Assembly (NCBI GenBank): GCA_002269645.1
Contig: NIVC01001160.1
Location: forward strand, 1 to 64,000
Length of the DNA stretch: 64,000 nucleotides
Reading direction: 5' to 3'
Source: Macrostomum lignano
Taxonomy: Eukaryota
Positions 13,586 through 23,512 of the stretch are shown piece after piece (the stretch's first letter is position 1; the number at the start of each line of letters is the position of its first letter). Under the pieces are notes generated by a model, which had not been told where the DNA came from, did no database searches, and saw nothing but the letters and a program-made list of their open reading frames with translations. Position numbers and translations under genes: made by a program.

Positions 13586-13852
13586 TTTTGGAGGGGGTTG
13601 CTTGCTGTCTTGGGAATATTTTCTATTTAGGGAAACGATATTTTGTTGACTGTTTGTTAATTTTAGAGAAAAAGTGATTTTTTAATTTTGCAAACATCTT
13701 AGTCCGTGACAATTTTACACGAATAAGGTGATTTTTAAAATGTGAAGAAGGAATTAGTGTTTAAGAAAATGTGTTTTTTTATTGTTTTCCATGAACTATT
13801 TTTGCTCCTTTCTTATTGGGCGCCCCGAAGGGGGGCCGCACTAGATTGCTAG

Positions 13853-16800
13853 TGCGTTACTGTAACTTAAGTTACCAATTTTTAAAAAGTAACTTACGTT
13901 AGCCTAGTAACTTTAGACAAAAACCTGGTAACTTTTAAGTTACTGTCCGTTACTCACTTCCGTTACCCATGTTATTAACAAAATTTTCTGCTTTTTTCAC
14001 ATTGCACATTTTTTCACATTGTTGTTACCGCGCGAAATTTGCCATTGGGCATTGGGATTAACCGATTAACAGACAGAGACAGGAATTGGCGACACGATGT
14101 GAGGCAAGTAGAAGGACCAATGGGCAATGGCAATCAATAATTAAAATTATAAATGATAAAATATACGAATATCAATAATTCAATAGAGTAAAATAAATAG
14201 AACTGTATATAAAATGGTGTAGTGTACTGCAGTGCCAGTGGAGGGACTTGTGGAGGCTACAGATGAATTTCTTTCTGACGAGGACGCACTTTTTCCCAAA
14301 TCCCGCGCTAGCACATGGGCTCTAAACTTACTAGCCTACTGACAGCAGGCTAAAGGCATTTTTATTATTTTTCTGCGAATTTTCATAAAATTTATACTAG
14401 ATATAATGTCTGGTCATACTAGTAGTCATAATAACATAGGCGCAGCTTTTTGGGTCATAAATCATCGCTTTCGAAGCTGGTCTGACAGCCACCTGCGCCT
14501 CACTCAGTATTGAGGCGGGCGCCAGATGGTCTGAGAGGATGCGGGCGGTAGCTTTTTTCTCATCAGTTTGACAGGCCATCAAGATTTATGAGGTCAGAGC
14601 CTATTGTTCGTGTTCACTCAAGCGTGTGACAGCTTTGACAGCTATGCGTTTTACCCCTAAAAGTACTTTGGGATTAGCGATTAGCGATTTCTCTTCATTA
14701 TCTTCACTTTCTATTTAATAAGAGCTTTCTAATGTATATTTTTTCATTAATTTCCGTCAATCCTACGCGAAAAGTCATAAATCATTTTGTTGCGATTTTG
14801 AGTGATTTATGGCCGCACCTGTCATCTTTTTACGACCCTGTGGGAACTGATAGGATTTCTCGGTCACGTGATTCTGGGTAGCAACAAGCTTAGCCAATCA
14901 GAAAATTCGGCGCTCATTTTAACAAAACGGCTCAGCCAATCAGAATCGACGTGTTCCATTATAACAAACTGCGGTCCAGTTGGCGGCTATTTAAACCGGT
15001 GTTTTTGGCCCGCTCGGACCGGTACCTGTTCCGACTCTGGCCTGGTTCCTACTCCACCGGCCCGGAACTGACCATCGTTTCTTGATCCCCGGATTGCGAC
15101 TTCCCCCCCCCCCCATCATCATCAAGGACGAGTCCCCCGGTCATCAGCAGCAAACATCAAGTTAAGAGCATCACCTGCTAGCTAACAGCGAAGATTGTGA
15201 CAGCATCATCCCGAGTCTACAGCTGCAGAGCATCGAGCCGATTCGGTCACTGTGGATTACCTGGTCTCCGGCTGTTGAGTTTCTGATTGGTTGGGTGAGA
15301 GGCTACCTAGACTTGCTTGATTGGGTGATCCCTTATCTGTCCCCTGTTGCAGTAGCTGAATTAGGCGCACACTTTTGCTCATTTTGTTCAGTAGTGCTGC
15401 TGCTGAGGCAGAAATCATTCAATAATACTGCTAGTAGTCTAAGACTCCAATTCAATCTGAAGTGTGAAGTGAACTAAGGAGAAGGTTAAATCTAACAGTT
15501 ATTTTTATCGGTTTTATTTCTTTGTTCACCGATGGCTCAGATGAGTAGCTAAGCTAGTAGGCGCCGGTCACAGTGGACCAATGGCAAGACAGTTCTCAGT
15601 CGACCAATCTATCAAATCAGTGAGCAACACTGCCAGAAGTGCAGAATCGGCGCCAGAGATGTACTTTGTGCACTCTAGGGTAGCCAAGCGGCTCGGGTAA
15701 ATGAATCACGCGGTCTCTGAAGTTCGAGTTAGTCTATCATCAGCGCTATGAAAGGCTAGTTGGCGCGTTGAAGGCCAAAAGTACATATCTTCGTATTTAG
15801 CAATGCAATAGTACATGCAGCTACCCCATAGACTCGCCACCGCAAGAATCCCCTCTGTACCTGCATGGCCAATGCGATCTAGTCCCAGCAGTGTCCCTTA
15901 TCATCGGCTATGACTTCGAGATTGACAGCAAAAAGACACTAGTTGGCAGGTAAGTGCAAAGCCCCTTCTAGTCGGAAGCCCGATTTCGAGAGTCCCGGTG
16001 TGGTGAGCCAGGGCGCACGGGCTGGTGGCAGCAAGTTAGTTGATCTGCGGATTAGCTAACTTCTACTTTCAAAATTCTCCCTGCTCGTCTCTCGCTGTCC
16101 CTCTCTTAGCTATAGGACCTAGACTGCTCGCCACCCGATCAAGCTACCATGGGGCTGACCATCTGACAGGAGTGGGGGGCCAGGTCTCTAATTGATTTAT
16201 TTCTGAGCCTGAGGCCCGAAGGCTTCCCTAACAAGGAGCCCGAAGGTCGAAACCCATCATTTCTTTGGTTGTTTGTTTGAATCAAACTTGAAAATTTTTA
16301 GTAACGAAAATGGGCCTTTTCATATAGCTAGTTCTGGTTCCATAACCAGAACCAATTTGTGAAGTATAACTTTTTTTCTCCATAACTAGAGGGAGATACG
16401 TGCTATAAAGTTTTTATTATTGAATGAAAATCGCTAAGAAGAAAGTGAAAAATTGTGCTAAGTGAGGTTGTTAAGGCAGTCAAACATTCAACAGAATTAA
16501 ATAGTTGTACTACTGTTTTTCTTGGAAGATCCGAACCGATTCTGATTCTGGAATTGGTAATATGAAAAGCCTCAATGAAAGGCGAAAATATTTTACCAAT
16601 ATTAACAAAGTAATACATGTTTCAAGTATTTCTTCATTAATTAAGCGCAATACCATATGATACTATTCACTTAATTTTGAATTTAGGAATGAAAAATGCA
16701 AAAACATGTGACAACCGGCGTAATAGCTAAGCATTTCAGTTTTTAATTTAAATATTGCGATTGTTGCAAAGTAACTGTAACGGACTTCCGAAATTTGAGT

Positions 16801-16917
16801 AACTTACCGTTACTCCGTTACTAAAATAAAAAAGTAACTTGCGTAAGGAACGCTTTACGAAAAAGTAACTTGCGTTACCATTTGCAAGTTACTCGGTAAC
16901 GGAAGTGCCCAACACTG
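13853..16917. mobile_element. hAT-like DNA transposon remnant with GTAAC/GTTAC-rich subtermini
   Basis: Clusters of GTAAC/GTTAC at 13855-13970 and 16770-16905. The right end CCCAACACTG (16908-16917) is the reverse complement of CAGTGTTGGG, a hAT-type terminus. No matching left terminus is seen next to the Helitron CTAG. No transposase recognised. Confidence 0.5.
14443..16035 (+). mobile_element. LTR-like promoter-bearing repeat, copy A
   Basis: Collinear patches of similarity to 19615-21288 along the whole length. Contains CACGTG (14865), CCAAT (14894, 14936) and TATTTAAA (14988). No clean TG..CA termini or TSD resolved. Confidence 0.45.
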
Positions 16918-19614
16918 CCGATTTGTTGCGCTGATTACTAACAGTAGGGTAGAGCTGCCACCACCGTAATTCTCGTATTACGGAATGAATATATCTCAGC
17001 TTTCTTTGAGATGAGAACTTAGGTTATTTTACGCCCCACGGGCAAATGCCTCAAGATAGACTACCGGGGCTTCGATTGATTAAAGAAAAAATAAATACGA
17101 GCGTATTAGTTGTGATTATTATTATTAATTAATATTAATTATTATTTTAACGGCAAAATTATCATAGTTATTAAGCAAGTATTAATTAATCAACGACGGG
17201 CCGCAACTACTAGAGCCTAAAGATCCGGCGTGCCGGGGTGCTGAATAAATAACTAAATAAAGTAATTATAGGTGTCGCAAACTATTGAGCTGTACCGAGG
17301 ATTAAGTAAGATAGAACTAATAAGGAAAATAAAAGAGTCAACGAAATAACACTAAAAGTCCTACGGAGTCCAAAAGTATGTCAAATAAGGGGTCAAGACG
17401 AGTTAAAGTCGCACATCGCTTCAGAGTTAATTGCAAAAGGGGCGGTACATCATCGATTGGGACACGCATTGGTGCCGACATTGGGGCAAAGCCGGGAGCC
17501 ACGGATGGCGCGCAGAATGAGCAAAATAAAATTGAACTTATTAACGTGCAAAAATTAAAGACGCATGGGAGGGGCAACAAAGGGGCCACAACAGGGAAGG
17601 AAACAAACCACAAAAGGGCGCAACAAGGGAACCAACAGAGGGGACAAACACGGGAGATGGCAGAACGCGTCATAGGGGCACCTCATGGTGGGCGAACAGG
17701 ACCAAAACCGCGGGCGAAAATAGAAAAAACTGTGGTAGCCCCAACTACCACACCCCGATTACAAGAACCAGAATCGGTTCAGATCTTCCAAGAAAAAACT
17801 AGCAGTATAACAATTTAACTTTGGTGAATATTTGACTGCCTTAACAGCAGCTCACTTTGCACAATGTTTCACTTTCTTCTCGGCTATTCCCATGCAATAA
17901 TTACAACTTTATAGCACCTATAATCCCCGAGTTTAGGAGACAACAGTTTACAATACTTTACAAATTGGATCCAGTTCAGCCTATTGCTTGTCGAGCAAGT
18001 TCGTCATGCAGTGCCTATAGGTCTCGCGGCTTTTTAAATAAAGACGGTCTCTGCCAACCGCCACGAACACCCCAGCTTGAGAGACCTGGTTCTCCCTGAC
18101 GTCTGGTCGTTTGCAGACCCGAGACGCCGAGAGATTATATGATACCACGGTTCGCCCGGACGTAACGAGCCGAGTACTTCCCCCACCGCTGGTCAGGACT
18201 CAGAGGACCACCTGCAGGGGTTCCCCTTGTCGGACGATGCCCCTGCAGCTAAGCCAGCCAAAGTCAAAATTTGCCTCATGGGCACCCGGCCTTGTCCGGA
18301 TTTAGCTCTTAGGGATTCTAATCCTTATAAGAAATTAGCAAAGAATAAGTTTGCATAAAGGTCAAGGTGAAAGAATATTAAGCGAGGTGAAAGTTAAGTT
18401 AGAAAGACAGAAGCAGAGGCCAAAAGATAAGGTGCCTAAGGGCCGGGGACAATTAAAGGACAGCAGCAGAGATTATGTATGATAAGAATCTATAACAGCC
18501 CCTGCACCTTCCATTCCAAGATATCAGTCCAAGCGAGATGATGTTTTGCGTCAGCCGAGGTACATGTACATGTACCATGCAGTGCCACGCAAACCAATAC
18601 GGCAAGATACAATTAGATACCCGGACTGGCGGGCGAGGCACAGCAACGGTTGGCAGGTAAATTCAGCACCGACGCACGTGAGATTCGGCCAGGGAGCAAA
18701 GTCGCGGCTCATCTCGAAACCGATAACTGAAGGATAGACTGGTGTCCGGACGTGCGAATCGATCGGAAGATGATGGACTCTAGACTGACTTCCACTAACC
18801 GCCTGACTCAACCTTGCCAAATAACTGATAGCAAATATTCTTCCTCGCCCCTTAGCAACGCGCCAGTTTATTGTAGAAAAATGTTGCTGCGTTTGTTTTT
18901 TGAACCCTGCCGTCGCTAGCCAGCGGTGGGAAGTGACGTATCTAACATCTATAGCTATCAAATACACAGGACCTCGGGGCCCCGAGCGAGCACGCTCACA
19001 CTTCAACTCTCGCTTATACTTTGGACTCCGTTCTGAAGTCCCACAAAACCTCTGGAGTCATTGATCATTTGTGCTGAAGGCACAAGAGTTAAATAAATGC
19101 GATCTCTGTTTGTAATTAGCCTTATATAATGAGGCTCGGGAAAGCAAATAACGACTAATCCCCAAGACAAAAGAAAGAGAGAGAGAGAGAAGCCGGAGGC
19201 CAAAGGAGGGTCTTACAAGCTCTTTCCCACCGGCCTCTCTCAGGACGTCGGCTGTGCTGACAGGTTGCTACAGTTCATGTACGTATGCTGAAACTCCAAT
19301 GGCGTCTCCAGCAGCAGCTTCAGATTGTCTAGCAGCAGCAGGCGCGTTAGCGATGGCGTGCGATGCTTATGATTTGAATGGTATGGGTTAGGACGGACTG
19401 ATGTGAAGGCACATGAGCTCCTTCCCGTTGCACCGCACTCGATCACTACTGCTAGTAGGAATGAAATCTTTTCCATTTTTCTCTTATCTTCCACATTCTT
19501 AACTTCCCCTCAGCACTTTTAGCTTCTCTCTTTAGTACTCTTTTGTCTCCCTTATAAATTTCCCCCTCTCTCTCGCTCATGTTTTTTTCTTCTTTTCCAT
19601 TGGGCTTCTATACC

Positions 19615-21288
19615 AGCTCACTTTTCGGGTCATAAATCACCAGATGTCAAGGTTGGGCGGGCGGCTTGCGGGTCTACTGGCTGATGGTCTGGGTGAATCA
19701 CGTGACTTTTTAGAAATTTTTTGATCGACAAGCCGTCAATCACATGATGAGACCCAGCCTATTGTGCAGATTATCCAAGCGTGGTGACATTCTGACATTT
19801 GTGACCTTTTGCCCCTATGAAAGGATTATTTGTTTTAATCCTAGTCATCTTGTAGATTATCCCGTTGCACTCTCTTCTTCATCACTGATTTAGTGTACAC
19901 TTTCATGTTGATTCTGGACTTATAAATGATTTTGTATCGAAATAGGATGATTTATGGTCACACAGCTGTCACTTTTGGGGGGTTCCCAGAGCCTGATAAG
20001 ATTTCTCGTTTTTATGGCTTGAACAAGCTCAGCTGAGATCAGAAAATTTTAAGTACGTTTTAACAAATCGGCTCAACCAAACAGAATTGACGTGCTCCAC
20101 TATAACAAATCACGGAAAAGTTAGTTTCCATTTAAACCGCACATTTTTCAGGTTTGGCGTCTTTTCGACCCTTTTACTACTACTGACGGGGGCGGCAGGC
20201 GCCGAGATTAGCTGGCCGCAAGGCCCCTATCGCAACCCAAGGTAAAAGATATTAAGGTTTAAACCTGGGGTGCGCCCAGCCGGCAGGTTCGCAGGGGTGG
20301 CTTCGACGACCCTCATCCGGCTGGTATCTCAGACGAAGGCGCGATGGTCATGCACGGATGTTGTCCGGGGTGGTCAGCTCGTCCATCCGCTGAGGGTGGC
20401 TCTCTTGGTTCTCACCTCCGCTCCCGCCGCACTCAACCGTCTTCTGTGTGAAGAAGACTAGCCCAGAGATTCCGTTCCCCCTTCCTCAACTGGATTGCGA
20501 CATCTTGATCCCCGGCCGAGCGACATCAATACAGAAGACACCATCTTCGGGCTCAACTGCTAGGACTTCATCGAGAGTCGGCTGTTCCTGAGCTACGACT
20601 ATACGAGCACTACCTATCTGGCCCCGTTTTCAGTAACCGAAAAGCTGAAGTTTTTGGGACAGAAATCCAGCGATGAATACTACTTCAGTAGCTTGTTCGC
20701 CCTAAATCAATTCAAGATAATGCACTCGCGAGCTTAGTGAGAAGGCAAATATGATTGAATAATTTGTTTTGTTTTCCTTTTTAGATAAGCAATACGAACT
20801 GAGATGAGCAGATGAAGGTGAGGGTTGAAGTTGACCGAAAGGCCAAACAGTACTCAGTTGATTGATCAATAAATAATTTTGAAACAGAATTCAAGCCAGT
20901 CATGTACTTTAGTGCTGACTCAGCAGCATCAAAGTGGCTTTTAACTGTAAGAATTCACCAGCTGGGGTCTGAGAGGGCCGTGACTGCTCTGCATCACCGC
21001 TATTGGAAAGTTTGCAGTCACATTTATGGCCAGAAGCTTGCATACAGGAGTTTGATATTGCAATAGTACATTCTCCCACCTTGAAGTCCCGCCTCGCGAA
21101 GATCCTCTGCAAGTTAGAAGTCCTCTCTGTCCCTGCGTGGTCAGTGCGATCAAGCGGATGTGCCTCCAAGATTGACAGCTAAAATACACTGATTGGCAGG
21201 TTGGTTCAGAGCCCTTTTGTATAGTCAGGAACACGATTTTGAGAGAGCTGGTTTGGTGAGCCACTTTGCACGGGTTTAGTGGCAGCGA
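19615..21288 (+). mobile_element. LTR-like promoter-bearing repeat, copy B (diverged from copy A)
   Basis: Shared blocks with copy A include TTTT(C/T)GGGTCATAAATCA, TGATTTATGG, ATCAGAAAATT..TTTTAACAAA.CGGCTCA.CCAA, TTTAAACCG, GATTGACAGC.AAAA.ACACT..TTGGCAGGT and GGT.TGGTGAGCCA...GCACGGG.T..TGGCAGC. Confidence 0.45.
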
Positions 21289-21502
21289 ATAGGCCTAAGC
21301 TAATAGTCTGGGCTCTGAGGCGGCTTTCCTGTAGTGTGAAATTGAATAATGGCGTTCGCCGCGCGGCAAGCAGGATGCCAGCAAGGACCACTAGGAACAC
21401 TTCGTTATATACAGTCTAGTAGTCCTTGGATGCCAGTTCCGTAACTTGCAGTGGCGATCGGAGAGAAATGGCCCACTAGACCAATATACTTTTCAATGGA
21501 GG

Positions 21503-21552
21503 GTTCATCGGAAGTCAGAGTTTAAGGCCTTAAACTCTGACTTCCGATGAAC
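21503..21552. repeat. Perfect 50-bp palindrome with no spacer
   Basis: GTTCATCGGAAGTCAGAGTTTAAGG|CCTTAAACTCTGACTTCCGATGAAC: a 25/25 reverse-complement match, checked base by base. Confidence 0.97.
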
Positions 21553-21602
21553 ATCATTGCTTAAAATTTCAACACACTGTTTCTTTTTTCTTACGTAATC
21601 TA

Positions 21603-21964
21603 CGCGGGTGGGTTTCACAACCGCGAAATTTCACAACTGCTAAACTTCACAACCGCTAAATCACATACTTTCATAAGCGCTAAGTTTCATAAACGCGAAA
21701 CTTCACAACCGCGAAACTTCACAAACGCGAAACTTCACAACCGCTAAAATTTTTGCACTTACTTTTATATACAACAGTCTTTTTAGCGGTTGTGAAGTTT
21801 CGCGGTTGTGAAGTTTCGCGGTTGTGAATTTTCGCGTTTATGAAACTTAGCGCTTATGAAAGTAAGTGATTTAGCGGTTGTGAATTTTCGCGGTTATAAA
21901 GTTTCGCGGTTGTGAAAGTAGGTGATTTAGCGGTTGTGAAATTTCGTGTTTGTGAGAGCAACGC
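21603..21964. mobile_element. Foldback/MITE-like element with inverted arms built of 15-bp subrepeats
   Basis: The left arm repeats TTCACAACCGCGAAA and the right arm repeats TTTCGCGGTTGTGAA, around an AT-rich centre of about 30 bp. Confidence 0.8.
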
Positions 21965-22096
21965 ACTTTATGTACACTGTCGTGAATTCGTATCAGTCGA
22001 AGCTGCTAAGGGGGTTTGAGAGAAGGTTACCTCCACCTCGCCTATGTCTCACCTTAAGGTCGCGCACCTAAAGTCACCCACCCCTAAACTAATTAC

Positions 22097-22145
<49 letters not shown>

Positions 22146-22154
22146 CACGTGTCT

Positions 22155-22532
22155 AGAGGTGGAATCTCAAATCGAGAAAAGCGGACGGCTGCAAAGATGG
22201 AGGCACCGCTCATTGATTGGAAGCATTTGCCCTACACAGCATGAGCGATATAATGAGCATTACTGGACAGCTGAGCGAGCGAACGACTAGGAGGTACCTA
22301 GCCAAGCGTCGCGACCGGTCGCTTCAAAAGACGAGTGAGTCTGTTCAGGTTGGCATTGAATCGTCATGATCTAGAGCAAGAAGCTGGGTCACCCGAACAT
22401 GCTGATGCTGTTGAGATCGTCGGTGAGACTGCAGTATCGACGGAGGTTAGTGTTAGCACTGAAGCTGCCTACTCTGTTGGTACGAAGTTTGCCTTCAACA
22501 ATTGCACCTTTCACGGATGTTCCTTTAATTAG
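22155..22532 (+). pseudogene. Probable Crypton-like tyrosine recombinase C-terminal remnant
   Basis: One frame reads SDIMSITGQLSERTTRRY, matching box II I..TGH.S.....Y with H replaced by Q and Tyr at +9. After a frameshift the sequence ends KFAFNNCTFHGCSFN*, resembling the F.NCTF tail seen in Crypton/DUF3504-type proteins. Recognised from memory, not by database search. Confidence 0.4.
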
Positions 22533-23512
22533 GCATTTCTGTAGGCTTTACTTCTACAGAAATCAGCAAATTGTAGTCGTAGAATTACTGAAAGAATAAG
22601 AATGACAGTCTAGTTTATTATTTTTTATTTAATGACTTTTAGTACTTTGCTCGACCAGTATGTGTTTATCAACTACAAAAATTCAAATGTTAATACTGAC
22701 AGTGTGCTTTTTGTACTGTTGATTTTGCAATTCCTATGCAGTTTAATTATTTAAATCTTAAAATAAACGTTTAAATTGACTGATGCTAGATACGCTTTGC
22801 AAGATGCTGGATAAAAACTCGGCTTCAATTAATTGGTTGCATTGAGATTGGAATTCTAGGCAATGGCCGGTCAATGCCATGAAGAGAAATTTTGGGCAAT
22901 GTCCGTGAGTGTAGTCAAGTTTTGAGAAGAATGGAATGTTTAATTAATTGCATAGGTTTCCTTATTGATGGCAAATTAATGAAAATGTGTTTTGCATTTA
23001 GCTCGTAATAGCTTGAACTTTTAACAGTCGTCAGTATTCATGCATTTAAAGATAGGCTATTTGCGTTGACGCTCGTGCTAAAATTATTTTGCTGTTTCAG
23101 ATTATGCGACAATCATTGAGTAAAATATTATAAGAATTTGTTCCTGTGCAGCATTGAGCCTATAAAACAAGACAACTAAGATCTGCTTCCATTAACAAGG
23201 AAGAAACGCATCTGTCAGTACAGCAGTCCGACGTTGGAAGCGTCGACCGACGTACCCGACATACAGGACGTCGATGGACTTCGCTGGCAAATGGCTCACA
23301 TCGTTTGGTCGAGTACTCGTAAATTCGTTCTCCGTCGAGAGAACAATGGCATTACAAATGTAAAGATTCAATTCTATATTACATATATTCTGAATAAAAC
23401 AGCGCTCGTACATGTACGAGTTTAGAGCAAATAGATACATGTACATTTCGACACCAGCCAGAAGGTACAGTAGTTTAAGTTTATCATTCTCTCAACAACT
23501 GCGCAATACATT

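Larger units (their letters stand above)
6882..13852 (+). mobile_element. Non-autonomous Helitron carrying a large minisatellite
   Basis: Starts with TC (TCCATATACTAAAAATGGTCTGTC), then (GT)n and AAAACGGCTCAACCGATTTT, a layout typical of invertebrate non-autonomous Helitron 5' ends. Ends with an imperfect hairpin GGCGCCCC-GAA-GGGGGGCC (about 13819-13837) and AGATTGCTAG|T (CTAG 13849-13852), the same last 10 nt as element 1. Confidence 0.8.
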
